DNA of 64,000 bases from Bacillota bacterium (lineage in GTDB: Bacteria; Bacillota; Sulfobacillia; JACIYH01): assembly GCA_030019365.1 (NCBI GenBank), contig JASEFA010000001.1:398953-462952 (forward strand), read 5' to 3'. Below the pieces are notes generated by a model. It searched no databases. It was not told where the DNA came from and saw only the letters and a program-made list of their open reading frames with translations. Shown here piece by piece: positions 48,150 to 58,482 of this stretch. Numbering within the stretch: the stretch's first letter is position 1; every line of letters starts with the position of its first letter. A program made the position numbers and the translations under genes.

Positions 48150-49547
48150 TCAGCGCAGCCTGACCAGGTGGATGGACTGCCCGGCCGCCCCCTCGGCGGC
48201 TTCCATCACGGCTTCCGCCAGGGTAGGGTGGGCGTGGGCGATTTCCGCCACCTCTCGGGCGGTGGCCCCCATCTTGATGGCCACCGCGCCCTCGTGAATC
48301 AATACGTCGGCGCCGGACCCCAGGATGTGCAGGCCCAGCACCTTACCGGTGCCCTCCTCGACCACCATCTTCACCAGTCCTTCGGCTTCGCCCAGGGCCT
48401 GGGCGCGCCCGTTGGCCGCGTACGGGAAGCGCGCCACCTTCACGCCATGTCCCGCCTCACGGGCCGCCCTTTCCGTGAGACCCACGCCCGCGATCTCAGG
48501 CAGGGAGAAGACGCAGTAGGGGGCGCTGCGGTAGTCCATCTCTCGTCTTTCGCCCAGGATGTTGTCCACCGCCACCAGGCCTTCCGCCGAGGCCACCGAG
48601 GCCAGAAAGGTGCGTCCCACCACGTCGCCGATGGCCCACACGCCCGGCACGCCCGTGGCCATGTCGGGCCCCACCTTGATGCCCTTGCGGTCGTACTTCA
48701 CCCCCAGGGTGTCCAGGTCCAGGCCGCCCAAGTCGGGCACCCTGCCCATGGCCACCAGGATGCGCTCGGCGTCGAAGTGGGTCTCCCGACCTTCCTTGTC
48801 TTGGGCCACCAGGCGGCGCCCGCCGTCGCGTTCCACGATCCGTTGCACGTAAATGCCCGTGTGCACGGTGATCCCCTGCCGGCGCAGGATGGCCATCATG
48901 CGACGGGACAGTTCCTCGTCCACGGGGGGCAGGATGAGGGGGGATCGCTTCACCATGTCCACCTTGCACCCCAGGGCCCGGTAGAGACAGGCGAACTCGA
49001 CCCCCAGCACGCCGCCCCCGATGATCACCATGCTCTCCGGGATGTGGTCGGGGTCCAGGGCATCGTCGGAAGACATGCACAGGCGGAGGTCCTCGGGCGG
49101 CACGGGCGGCTGTTCCGGCGCCGACCCGGTGGCGATGATCACCTGCCGGCCCGACAGGACCTCCGTACCGCCCCCCGGCACGTCCACCTCCACCACCCCG
49201 GGGCTGCTCACGCGGGCCGTCCCCCTGACCAGCGTCACCCCCCAGGAGGAGAAGAGCCGCTCCACCCCGTCCACCAGCTGCTTCACCACCCGGGAACGGC
49301 GCTCCTTGATGCGGGGAAGGTCGATCTCGGGGGCGGACACCTTCACCCCGAATTCCGCCGCCCGCCGCGCCAGCTCCAGCACCTCGGCCGATCGCACCAG
49401 CGCCTTGGTGGGGATGCAGCCGCGGTTGAGACAGGTCCCCCCCACCTCCCGCCGCTCCACCACGGCCACGCGGGCTCCCTTCTGTGCCGCCCGGATGGCG
49501 GCCACGTAACCACCCGGACCGCTACCGATCACCACTATGTCATACAC
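48150..49547 (-). CDS. lpdA: Dihydrolipoyl dehydrogenase (glycine cleavage L protein)
   Basis: GSGPGGY, GGTCLNRGCIPTK, HAHPTLAE. Confidence 0.95.
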   Translation of the reverse strand: MYDIVVIGSGPGGYVAAIRAAQKGARVAVVERREVGGTCLNRGCIPTKALVRSAEVLELARRAAEFGVKVSAPEIDLPRIKERRSRVVKQLVDGVERLFSSWGVTLVRGTARVSSPGVVEVDVPGGGTEVLSGRQVIIATGSAPEQPPVPPEDLRLCMSSDDALDPDHIPESMVIIGGGVLGVEFACLYRALGCKVDMVKRSPLILPPVDEELSRRMMAILRRQGITVHTGIYVQRIVERDGGRRLVAQDKEGRETHFDAERILVAMGRVPDLGGLDLDTLGVKYDRKGIKVGPDMATGVPGVWAIGDVVGRTFLASVASAEGLVAVDNILGERREMDYRSAPYCVFSLPEIAGVGLTERAAREAGHGVKVARFPYAANGRAQALGEAEGLVKMVVEEGTGKVLGLHILGSGADVLIHEGAVAIKMGATAREVAEIAHAHPTLAEAVMEAAEGAAGQSIHLVRLR

Positions 49548-50367
49548 CGGCTGCGCCCTCCCTTTGCAGTTTGCCCAGCACGTTCCATTCCCAGGTCGCG
49601 TATTTCTCCTCCCGCAGCCTGGCCGCCTCCTCCTGCTCGTGGGCAGTGAGACCGCGTTCTTCGAGTTCCAGGCCCAGGGCCCGCCGGAATCCCTCCGCCA
49701 GGGCGTCGCACACCCCGGTGAAGGTGACCCCACGCCCCAGGTCACACAGGCCGGCGGCACGGGCGCTCAGGTCCTCCTCCAGGCGGGCCCGCCAGCCGGC
49801 AGGCAGCCGAAGGAGGCCAACCAGTTGCACGGGCGAGAACTCCAGCGGCACGGAACCGTGCTGCAGGAGCACCCCCTGCCTGCGCACCTGGGCGCTGCCC
49901 ACCACCTTCCTGCCCTCCACGACCAGTTCGTACCAGGAAGGTGTGTCGAAGCAGGCCGCCGAGCGCAGCCCCGCCCGGGGAGGCCCCTCCTGTACCTCGG
50001 CCTGCAGCCCGAGCAGGCGCAATCCCTCCACCAGGCCGGCGCTCAGACACCGGTAGGTTTCCACCACGCTCCCGGGGAGGAGAGCCGTGGATATCACCAC
50101 GCTGTAGGTGACCTCGCGGTCGTGCAGAACCGCCCGCCCGCCCGTGGGCCGCCTCACCACGTCCACCCCGGCGCGGCGGCAGCCTTCCAGGTCCACCTCC
50201 CGCTCCACCTTCTGGGCGTAACCGAGGGACAGGGCGGGCGGTCGCCAGCCGTAAAGACGCAGGGTGGGGGGAACCCGTCCCCGGCCGTGGGCCAGCATGA
50301 TGGCCTCGTCCGTGGCCATGTTCGTGGCGCCGTCGTGGTATCCGTCCCGGATCAGGCGCCAGCGCAC
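49540..50367 (-). CDS. lipM: Octanoyltransferase LipM / lipoate-protein ligase family
   Basis: NMATDEA, RRPTGGRAVLH, CFD.PS.YE, KVVGSAQ, QHGS. Confidence 0.85.
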   Translation of the reverse strand: MRWRLIRDGYHDGATNMATDEAIMLAHGRGRVPPTLRLYGWRPPALSLGYAQKVEREVDLEGCRRAGVDVVRRPTGGRAVLHDREVTYSVVISTALLPGSVVETYRCLSAGLVEGLRLLGLQAEVQEGPPRAGLRSAACFDTPSWYELVVEGRKVVGSAQVRRQGVLLQHGSVPLEFSPVQLVGLLRLPAGWRARLEEDLSARAAGLCDLGRGVTFTGVCDALAEGFRRALGLELEERGLTAHEQEEAARLREEKYATWEWNVLGKLQREGAAGV

Positions 50368-51377
50368 GCCCCGCTACCCCCTGTCGTGCCCCCGCCACAC
50401 CCGGCACCCTGGACGGACGCCTCCAGGGACGACAGCAGGCGGTGCACCTCCCGCTCCGCCTGCCCGGGGTCGAGGGGATGGGGGTAGTTGTAGGGCACGG
50501 GCTGGCCGGGGCGCTCGTTGTAGTAGGGACGGTTGCAGTCCGGGCAGCCCGTGGTGCGGAAGGCCTCGCCGTCCGCCAGGGCGGCCTGCAGGCGGGCGGG
50601 CCAGAAACGGGGTCCGAAACCGGTGAGCCTGCCCCCGGCAAAGGTGAACTCGTCCGCCCGCGCCAGGCCCCGGCCGATGAGGCAGTGGGCAGCCTGCACC
50701 CGCCGGTACCCCTCCAGGGAGGGAGGCGGGTGATGGGCCAGGCGGGTCCCCGCCACCGGGGTGAAGGCGAACAGGCCCACCCGCACCCCCAGCTGCGCCA
50801 GGCGGTCGATGAGCAGGGCCATTTCCTCCTCGGTTTCCCCCACTCCCATGATGAGATGGGTCCCCACGCGTCCGGGGAAGGCCCGCGCCGCTTTCTCCAG
50901 GTGGGCAAGCGCTGCCGCGAACGATCCCCCCTTGACGCGCTCGTACGCCTGGGGCGAAGCGGCGTCCAGGGGAAGGGTCACCCCATCCGCCCCCGCCCGC
51001 AGGAGAGCCTCGGCCACCTTCAGGGAGGGCAGGAAGCAGGAAACGCACACGGGGAGCCCCGCAGCGGCCAGCTCCCCCACCAGGGGGACGAGGTCCACCA
51101 TCTCCCGCGGGGACCCCGGCTCCACCACCTGCACGCACACCCGCCGCACGCCCGAACCAGGCAGGCGGCAGAGTACCTCCTCAGCGGGGAAGGCCGGCCA
51201 GGTGACGCGCGAGAGCAGGTCCGCCCGGCTGTCCGACCCCCGGGCCTGGGCACAAAAGGCGCAGTCGCGGCGGCACTTCTCCCCCCACATGAGGTAGGCC
51301 GTGGTGGGGGGATGGGGTTGCCTGATCGTACGCAGACCGAGTACCTGGGCGGTTCCCAGCGACACCCTCAGCCTCAT
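50352..51377 (-). CDS. lipS2: Radical SAM lipoyl synthase subunit, LipS2-type
   Basis: CRRDCAFC, LSRVTWP, TTGCPDCNRP (TxGCPxC(N/D)RP). Confidence 0.8.
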   Translation of the reverse strand: MRLRVSLGTAQVLGLRTIRQPHPPTTAYLMWGEKCRRDCAFCAQARGSDSRADLLSRVTWPAFPAEEVLCRLPGSGVRRVCVQVVEPGSPREMVDLVPLVGELAAAGLPVCVSCFLPSLKVAEALLRAGADGVTLPLDAASPQAYERVKGGSFAAALAHLEKAARAFPGRVGTHLIMGVGETEEEMALLIDRLAQLGVRVGLFAFTPVAGTRLAHHPPPSLEGYRRVQAAHCLIGRGLARADEFTFAGGRLTGFGPRFWPARLQAALADGEAFRTTGCPDCNRPYYNERPGQPVPYNYPHPLDPGQAEREVHRLLSSLEASVQGAGCGGGTTGGSGACAGA

Positions 51378-52297
51378 CCCGGCCTCGCCACCCGTGAGCC
51401 CCATGCCGGCTTCGCCACCATCCCCAGGGCGCAGCATTCCCGCGTTTCCACCAGGGATAGCCCGCGGGCGACCGCCTCCCGGCGGGCGGAAGGTGCCGGC
51501 ATGACGATGCGGTTTACCCCCGCCGCCACCGCCAGGGGATCGAGCCGTTGCCGGTAAGCACCCTTCGGCCTCATACATCCCAGGGCGATCTCCGCCCCGG
51601 GCAGCCGCGTGCGGGCGTAGGCCACTACCGCCGCCACCTCCTCGGGGTCGGGGGGAGCGCAACCCTCATAGCGGGTGCCGGGGGTGGGCGTGAACACCAG
51701 GAACACCACCGCTGCGGGCTCGAGCTCCACCAGCACTTCGATGGCCTCCCACTCCCCCACGATCCGCCCGCCCCGCAACCCCACGCATATGTGGGGGACC
51801 ACCGGCAGGTAGCGGGCCAGGGCCCGGTAGGTGCGCAGGTATTCCTCCGGACCGGCCTCCAGTCCGCTCACCTCGCGCACGGTGGGGGCGTGCGCCACCC
51901 AGTCCAGGGAGGCCAACGTCCCGTGGGGGGCCAGGAGCCGGGCTTCCTCCTCCCCCACCAGGCCGGTGTGGAGGTTGAGGCGGGCACCCGTGGCCCGCAG
52001 CCGCGCCAGCAATTCCAGGTTGCCGGACAGGGGTACCCTCCCCTGCCAGTCGCACCCCCCGCTCACCAGGTAGCTGGGGGCCTCGGGCACGGGAACGTCC
52101 CCGGGGCCCCGCATCCCCTTCAGGTAGTGTCCGCCGCAGTGGGCACAGTCCAGGGCACAGGCCGTCCCTGTCACGCTGACCGGCACCGTGTCCCGGGGGC
52201 GATCCACCGCCAGCACAGGCGGGAAGCCCTCCCGTACCTCCCAGGCCCGCCCGAGGGCACCGGTGACCCGCGCCGGGACCAGGGCTGGGAAGGGCAT
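51374..52297 (-). CDS. lipS1: Radical SAM lipoyl synthase subunit, LipS1-type
   Basis: CALDCAHC, SGGC, LGCMRP (GC(M/A)R), C-terminal ECC. Confidence 0.8.
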   Translation of the reverse strand: MPFPALVPARVTGALGRAWEVREGFPPVLAVDRPRDTVPVSVTGTACALDCAHCGGHYLKGMRGPGDVPVPEAPSYLVSGGCDWQGRVPLSGNLELLARLRATGARLNLHTGLVGEEEARLLAPHGTLASLDWVAHAPTVREVSGLEAGPEEYLRTYRALARYLPVVPHICVGLRGGRIVGEWEAIEVLVELEPAAVVFLVFTPTPGTRYEGCAPPDPEEVAAVVAYARTRLPGAEIALGCMRPKGAYRQRLDPLAVAAGVNRIVMPAPSARREAVARGLSLVETRECCALGMVAKPAWGSRVARPG

Positions 52298-53760
52298 CAG
52301 GCTCCGCGCCTCCAGCGCAGCACGGGACGGCGGGCCGCCCCCGCCTCGTCCAGCCGCCCCACGGGAGTGGTGTGGGGCGCCGTCTTCACCTTTTCCGCAT
52401 CCCGCTCCGCCTCTTCGGCGATCTTCCCCAGGGCCGCGACGAAGTAATCCAGGGCCTCCTGGCTCTCCGTCTCGGTGGGCTCCACCATGAGGGCCTCGTC
52501 CACGATGAGCGGGAAGTACACCGTGGGCGGGTGCACGCCGTAGTCCAGCAGCCGCTTGGCGATGTCCAGGGTCTTCACACCGGTACGGTCCTTGATGCGG
52601 CGCGGGTTGACAACGAACTCGTGCTTGCAGTGGCGGTCGTAGGGCAGGTCGTACCACTCGAGCAGCCTGCGCATGACGTAGTTGGCGTTGAGCACGGCGT
52701 TCTCGGACACCCGCTTGAGGCCCTGACCCCCCAGGGCGCGGATATAGGCATATGCCTTCACCGCCACCCCGAAGTTACCGTAGAACGCCTTCATCTGCCC
52801 GATACTGAGGGGCCGGTCGCACTCCAGGAAGTAGCGTTCGCCGTCGAACCCCACCGCGGGCACGGGCAGGAAGGGGATGAGCTTCTCCTTCACCCCCACC
52901 GGGCCCGACCCGGGACCGCCGCCCCCGTGGGGCGTGGAGAAGGTCTTGTGGAGGTTGAAGTGCACCACGTCGAAGCCCATGTCGCCCGGCCGCGAGTAGC
53001 CCATGATGGCGTTGGCATTGGCCCCGTCGTAGTACAGGAGCCCCCCCCTGTCGTGGACCATGCGGGCGATGCGCACGATGTTCTCGTCGAATAGCCCCAG
53101 GGTGTTGGGGTTGGTGAGCATCAGGGCCGCCACCCGCTCGTCCAGCACCTTCTCCAGCTCACCCACGTCCACCCCGCCCCGGGAGTCCGACTTGACCTCC
53201 ACGATTCGGCACCCGGTCATGGCCGCCGAGGCCGGGTTGGTGCCGTGGGCGGAGTCCGGGATGATGATCTTGTCCCGGTTCATCTCCCCCCGGTGCCGGT
53301 GGTAGGCCCGGATGAGGAGCAGGCCGGTGAGCTCCCCGTGGGCGCCGGCGGCCGGCTGCAGGGACACCTTGTCCACCCCGCCGATCTCGGCCAGGTACTG
53401 CTGCAACTCGTACATGAGCTGCAGGGCCCCCTGCACCAGCTCCTCCGGCTGGTAGGGATGGAGCCAGGCGAACCCGGGGAGGCGTGCCGCCCACTCGTTC
53501 ACCTTGGGGCTGTACTTCATGGTGCAGGACCCCAGGGGGTAAAAGCCGATGTCCACCCCGTGGTTGAGCTGGCTCAGGCGGGTGTAGTGCCTGACCACGT
53601 CCACCTCGGAGACCTCCGGCAGGTCGGGCTCGCCCTCCCGCAGGAGCTGCTCGGGTAGGAGCGACCGGATGTCTCCCTCTGGCACGTCACAGGCGGGGAG
53701 GGAATATGCTCTCCGTCCCGGCGAACTCAGCTCGAATATGAGAGGTTCCGGGCCTTTCAT
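52297..53760 (-). CDS. gcvPB: Glycine dehydrogenase subunit 2
   Basis: [42 protein letters not shown]. Confidence 0.97.
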   Translation of the reverse strand: MKGPEPLIFELSSPGRRAYSLPACDVPEGDIRSLLPEQLLREGEPDLPEVSEVDVVRHYTRLSQLNHGVDIGFYPLGSCTMKYSPKVNEWAARLPGFAWLHPYQPEELVQGALQLMYELQQYLAEIGGVDKVSLQPAAGAHGELTGLLLIRAYHRHRGEMNRDKIIIPDSAHGTNPASAAMTGCRIVEVKSDSRGGVDVGELEKVLDERVAALMLTNPNTLGLFDENIVRIARMVHDRGGLLYYDGANANAIMGYSRPGDMGFDVVHFNLHKTFSTPHGGGGPGSGPVGVKEKLIPFLPVPAVGFDGERYFLECDRPLSIGQMKAFYGNFGVAVKAYAYIRALGGQGLKRVSENAVLNANYVMRRLLEWYDLPYDRHCKHEFVVNPRRIKDRTGVKTLDIAKRLLDYGVHPPTVYFPLIVDEALMVEPTETESQEALDYFVAALGKIAEEAERDAEKVKTAPHTTPVGRLDEAGAARRPVLRWRRGA

Positions 53761-55133
53761 GCGCATCCCTCCAGTACTTTGGCCAGGGCGTCGATCTGGG
53801 CCCTGCTCCGCTTCTCGGTGACCGCCACCAAGAGGCAGTCCTCCAGTTCCGGATAGAAGCGGCCCAGGGCCACGCCCGGCAGGATACCCCTCGCTGTCCC
53901 CCGCTTCACCAGTTCGGCGGGCGGGCAGGGGCAGCGCACGGCGAACTCCATGAAGAAGGGCGCCCCGAAGGCCGGCGCAAACCCGGGGACGGCTGCGACG
54001 GCATCCCGGGCGTAGTGCGCCTTCTTCAGGCACAGTTCGGCCACCTCGCGGATGCCGCGCTTCCCCATCATGGCCAGGTATACGGTGGCCGCCAGGGCGT
54101 TGAGGGCCTCGTTGGAGCAGATGTTGGAGGTGGCCTTCTCCCGCCGGATGTGCTGCTCGCGGGTCTGCAGGGTGAGCACGAACCCCCGCTGCCCGCGGGA
54201 GTCCACGGTGGCGCCCACGACCCGTCCCGGCAGCCGCCGCACCAGCTTCTCGGTGACGGCGAAGTAGCCGAAGGTGGGTCCCCCGAAGGAGGGGACGTTG
54301 CCCAGCGCCTGCCCATCACCCACCGCCATGTCCGCCCCGTAGCTGCCGGGCGGAGCCAAAAGGCCCAGGCTGATGGGGGAAGTGGCCACCACGAAGAGGC
54401 CGCCCCGGCCGTGGATGGCTCGTGCCATGTCGGCGACCGGCTCCAGGCAGCCGAAGAAGTTGGGATGCTGCACCAGCAGGCACGCGGGCTCGTCGCCGGA
54501 AGCGCGTTCGCCACTTGCGGCGCGTTCACCGGCCAGGACCCGTTCCAGGGCCTCCCGGTCGGTGACGCCGTCCCGGTAGGGCACCTCTGTCACCTTCAGG
54601 TCGGCCCCGGCGGCATAGGTGTGCAGCACCCGCCGGTACTCGGGGTGCACCGTGGATGACACCACGATGTGGCGCCGGCCCGTGGTGCTGCAGGAGATCA
54701 GCCCCGCCTCCGCCAGGGCAGTGGCCCCGTCGTAGTGGGAGGCCTGGGAGACGTCCATCCCCGTGAGTTCGCAGATCATGGTCTGGTATTCGAAGATGGA
54801 CTGCAGCACCGCCTGGCTGACCTCGGGCTGGTACGGCGTGTAGGCGGTGTAGAATTCCGAACGCGAGATGACGTGGTCGACCACGGCCGGGATGTAGTGG
54901 TCGTACATGCCCGCCCCCGCGAAGCACACCAGGCGCCCCAGGTGGGCGTTCTTGTCGGAAAGCTCCAGCATATGCTGCTGGAGTTCCAGCTCCGCCATGG
55001 GCTCCGGCAGCCGCAGGGGGCGGTCAAGCCGGGCCTCCGGAGGGATGTCGGCGAAGAGCTCCTCGGGCGACCCCACCCCGATGGCCCGCAACATCGCCTC
55101 CCGGTTGCGGTCCGTGTTGGGGATGAAGTCCAT
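53757..55133 (-). CDS. gcvPA: Glycine dehydrogenase subunit 1
   Basis: [35 protein letters not shown]. Confidence 0.97.
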   Translation of the reverse strand: MDFIPNTDRNREAMLRAIGVGSPEELFADIPPEARLDRPLRLPEPMAELELQQHMLELSDKNAHLGRLVCFAGAGMYDHYIPAVVDHVISRSEFYTAYTPYQPEVSQAVLQSIFEYQTMICELTGMDVSQASHYDGATALAEAGLISCSTTGRRHIVVSSTVHPEYRRVLHTYAAGADLKVTEVPYRDGVTDREALERVLAGERAASGERASGDEPACLLVQHPNFFGCLEPVADMARAIHGRGGLFVVATSPISLGLLAPPGSYGADMAVGDGQALGNVPSFGGPTFGYFAVTEKLVRRLPGRVVGATVDSRGQRGFVLTLQTREQHIRREKATSNICSNEALNALAATVYLAMMGKRGIREVAELCLKKAHYARDAVAAVPGFAPAFGAPFFMEFAVRCPCPPAELVKRGTARGILPGVALGRFYPELEDCLLVAVTEKRSRAQIDALAKVLEGCA

Positions 55134-55519
55134 CAGTGCGCCTCCTCCTCGCAGTGCTTCTCGTAGGCGGCCACGTCCATGAGGTTGTTCAGTTCCGCGG
55201 GGTCGGACATGCGGATGACCACCATCCAGCCTTCCCCGTGGGGGTCCTGGTTGAGGGTCTCCGGCTTGTCGGCCAGGGTGTCGTTGATTTCCACCACCTC
55301 GCCACTGACGGGGGCGTAGCAGTCCGAGACCGCCTTGACCGACTCCACCACGCCGAAGGCTTCACCCTGCTTGACCTGGCGGCCCACCTCCGGCAGCTCC
55401 ACGAACACGATGTCTCCCAGGTGCTCCTGGGCGTAATTGGTGATGCCCACCCGCGCCAGGTCGCCCTCCACCTTCGCCCACTCGTGGGTCTTGGCGTAAC
55501 GGAACTCCTTCGGATACAT
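55133..55519 (-). CDS. gcvH: Glycine cleavage system H protein
   Basis: [18 protein letters not shown] lipoyl lysine. Confidence 0.97.
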   Translation of the reverse strand: MYPKEFRYAKTHEWAKVEGDLARVGITNYAQEHLGDIVFVELPEVGRQVKQGEAFGVVESVKAVSDCYAPVSGEVVEINDTLADKPETLNQDPHGEGWMVVIRMSDPAELNNLMDVAAYEKHCEEEAH

Positions 55520-56631
55520 CACTTCTCCCTCCTCCTGTAGAACGGGGTCCTCACCACGCGGGCATCCACGCCCCTGCCCCGGATCTCCACCTGCACCTCG
55601 GTGCCCACTTCGGCGAGCCCCGGCGGCACGAAGGCCAGGGCCAGGTTCCTGTCCAGGGTGGGCGAGTACGACCCGGTGGTGACGTACCCCACCTTCCCGC
55701 CATCCTTCAGCACGGGGTACCCCGTGCGGGCGATGCCCCGGCCCACCATCTCCAGGCCGGCGAGCTTCTTGCGCAGGCCGGTGCGCTTCTCCTCAAGCAG
55801 GGGCTCCCGGCCCACGAAGTCGCCCTTGTCGAACTTCACGTACTTGCCCAGCCCCGCCTCCAGCGGAGTGGTGTCGTCGTCCATCTCCTGCCCGTAGAGG
55901 GGCATGGTCGCCTCGAAGCGCAGGGTGTCCCGGCAACCCAGCCCGCAGGGCCACAGCCCCTGCTCGTCGCCCTCCTCCAGCAGGGTGTCCCACAGGCCCG
56001 GGGCCTCCTCGGGCGAGCAGAAGATCTCGAACCCATCCTCCCCCGTGTACCCGGTGCGGGAGACCATGCACTTCACCCCGGCCACGTCCACGTCCTGCAG
56101 GCACCAGTAGTAGCGGATGGCGGAGAGGTCCGTCCTGGTCAGCCTGCCCAGGATGGCCTCCGAGTTGGGCCCCTGCAGGGCCAGCTCCGCCACCTGGGCC
56201 GACACGTTGTCCACGTTCGCACCCGGGAAGCGGCCTGCCAGTTCCTTCACCCAGCTGTAGTCCTTCTCGATGTTGCCGGCGTTGATCACCACGAAATAAC
56301 GGTTCTCACCCAGGCGGTACACCAGCAGGTCGTCCACCACCCCGCCCCGTTGATCGCACATGGGCGAGTACCGCACCTGGTTCACCGCCATGGTGGACAT
56401 GTCGTTGGTGAGGGCGTACTGCAAGAGCTCGAGGGCCTGCGGGCCCCTTATGTCCAGCTCGCCCATGTCCGACACGTCGAACAGCCCTGCCGCCCGCCGC
56501 ACCTGGTGGTGCTCCTCGATGATGCTGCGGAACTGCACGGGCAGCGCCCACCCCGCGAAGTCGATGATCCTGCCGCCGTACTTGAGATGGTTGCCGTAGA
56601 GCGGCGTCTTCTTCAGCTCCTCCGTGCCCAC
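55519..56631 (-). CDS. gcvT: Aminomethyltransferase (T protein)
   Basis: [44 protein letters not shown]. Confidence 0.97.
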   Translation of the reverse strand: MGTEELKKTPLYGNHLKYGGRIIDFAGWALPVQFRSIIEEHHQVRRAAGLFDVSDMGELDIRGPQALELLQYALTNDMSTMAVNQVRYSPMCDQRGGVVDDLLVYRLGENRYFVVINAGNIEKDYSWVKELAGRFPGANVDNVSAQVAELALQGPNSEAILGRLTRTDLSAIRYYWCLQDVDVAGVKCMVSRTGYTGEDGFEIFCSPEEAPGLWDTLLEEGDEQGLWPCGLGCRDTLRFEATMPLYGQEMDDDTTPLEAGLGKYVKFDKGDFVGREPLLEEKRTGLRKKLAGLEMVGRGIARTGYPVLKDGGKVGYVTTGSYSPTLDRNLALAFVPPGLAEVGTEVQVEIRGRGVDARVVRTPFYRRREK

Positions 56632-56853
56632 AATCGGCACCCTCCTTTCTGCCCGGGAATCCCCCGCCTCCGGAAACCATGTCCCCGGGGTGTCCCGTCC
56701 CCGTCATGTCGGGCGGCGGGGATCCCCCGCTCCTGCGCCGCGGTACCACCCCTCCCCTCCCTGCTCCCCTTCTGGGCACGCCCTCACCTTCCGCTGCCGC
56801 CGCGCGCTCCGCTTGGGGAGCACCCTCTCGTGCCGCCGACTGTATCCTCCCCG

Positions 56854-56896
56854 AAAAGAGCAACAGGAGAACCCACTCAGGAAGTGAGCTCCCCTG
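56854..56896 (-). terminator. Riboswitch expression-platform terminator
   Basis: CAGGGGAGCTCACT-TCCTG-AGTGGGTTCTCCTG then TTGCTCTTTT; shares CAGGGG with aptamer P1. Confidence 0.75.
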
Positions 56897-57113
56897 TCCT
56901 TGCACCTGAGAGTTTCCTTCTCCTCGAAGTTGCCCCTTCGGTGGCGGTACCCCGGCGACTGCCCCGGCCGCGATGGAGTCAGGCTCCTGATCCGTTGCCA
57001 CGGGTACCCGCGCCTCTCCAGAGGTTGGTCCGGCTGCGGTGCGCCCGCCACCCCGGTCCTGCGCACGGCCTGCCTGCGGCCCGTCCGGAGCCGGCCTCCC
57101 GCAACCCTCATCC
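56891..57113 (-). ncRNA. Glycine riboswitch (degenerate aptamer 1 plus intact aptamer 2)
   Basis: CTCTGGAGAG...CACCGAAGGGGCAA...AAACTCTCAGGT..GGACAGGGG; GGATGA leader and GGAC linker; upstream of gcvT. Confidence 0.9.
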
Positions 57114-57159
57114 CGGCTCTTCAGTTGTCGCGAGGGCTGGTATCGCAGCCCAGCTTTCT

Positions 57160-57184
57160 ATTCGACCCCCACGCCGTTTTTCCT
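57160..57184 (-). promoter_or_regulatory. Sigma-H promoter of the gcv leader
   Basis: AGGAAAA-N14-GAAT. Confidence 0.6.
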
Positions 57185-57193
57185 CCTTGGAGC

Positions 57194-57475
57194 TTACACG
57201 CACCCCATGACCACAGGCCCCCAGGAGAAGAGATCGGCCAGGAAGCGCGCCACGATGGGGGCCTCGATGCCGTGCCTCAGGAAGAGGAGCCCGAGGAGGA
57301 CGCCGGCACCCGTCGCGTAGACCCAGTTCGTCCTCGTCTCCTGCCCCGCCGGGCACCTCACATACCTGCCCGGAAAGGTACGCCAGGACGCAGAAGATGC
57401 CTTGATACCGAAGAACCGAAATAAGACGGCGTCCTCGGCCGATTGGCACGTATGATGGAGGTCGCATGAGGTCAT
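57194..57475 (-). pseudogene. CPBP/Abi (CAAX protease) family remnant
   Basis: AEDAVLFRFFG (decayed EExxFR) and GVLLGLLFLRHGIEAPIVARFLAD (last motif with His replaced by Arg); far too short. Confidence 0.5.
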
Positions 57476-57622
57476 ATGGAGAGATGGAATGACCGTGCCC
57501 CCAGCGTAGAGCGGCGATCTTCCGAAACTTGTCGCATGGGGTTGGAAAATTCATAGATATGCAGCAGGAATTGGTGGGTTGGATGGCGCATATCACTACC
57601 TGGAAAGGAGGGAGGAGTGAGC

Positions 57623-58482
57623 ATGGAACACATTACCAAGGAAACGTGGCTTAAGAAGGAGACCACGTCTGGGCGGGTAGGTGAATGGATGGGAAATCGA
57701 AGCCGTGACGGATGGAGTAGATCTGGAATACTATGTCCCTCTCCTCAAGGAACACAGCATATCCCAGATTCAAGTTACTCTAAATGGTCCGAAGCATATA
57801 CAGGACATCCGCCGCCCGTCAGCTGATGGACGGGGTTCCTTTGAGGCCATCGTCCGCTCCGTTGACGCTGCGTTGGCTGCTCAGTTGCCTATCGCAGTCA
57901 GAGTGAACGCCGACAGGCAGAATGTCGAGTATGCCCCAGAACCGGTAGATTTCTTTAGCGCACGGGGTTGGTTAGACGAATCACGGTTCGGAGCATACTG
58001 GGGTGTGACTTTCGATCTTCAAGGCCGACACCCATACTGCGCTCCGGCTCATGTGATGTTAAGAAGGGTATTGGAAATCCGAAAGCGATATCCGCTAACC
58101 AAGCGAATCAGCCTTGAGGCTTGGGAGGCTCTGCAGTTCCTTCTTTACCCCTATCTGCTTGGGGAGCCGCGGTTGCCCAAGTTCTTTTTCTGCGGGGCTC
58201 ACCGGAATGAGTGGTGTTTCGACCTCTATGGAGATGGGTACTTCTGCGCAGACGGTGTAGGGCGGGGGGAGTTCAGAGTAGGGAAGTACGATCCGGTGCT
58301 TGCACTGGACCAAGGACGAGCTGCACTATGGCGGGAACACGACGTTCGCGGCCTACTGCACTGAACAGGTGTGGTCGGCGCTGGCCACCACCCTGGAGTA
58401 CCTCCACAGTTCACCCGAGGTATTCGTACGCGAGGAATTTGAGCTACCAAGGAAGATGTCGGAAGGAAGAGCACAGGGATGA
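57623..58482 (+). pseudogene. Radical SAM/SPASM maturase remnant
   Basis: IQVTLNG...D.RR....GSF..I, VRVN, FFCGA...FDLYGDGYFC; no CxxxCxxC; frame breaks near 57680 and 58350. Confidence 0.75.

Noticed and set aside
50352..52297. Biotin synthase or RiPP maturase calls for the two radical SAM genes
   Set aside because: LipS1/LipS2 motifs and the gcvH-lipM-lpdA context fit lipoate synthesis
223..57000. Many long plus-strand and alternate-frame ORFs (e.g. 223-1770, 29663-31846, 31314-33656, 48030-49649)
   Set aside because: Shadow ORFs of real genes in high-GC DNA; no recognisable motifs and biased Arg/Pro/Gly/His composition
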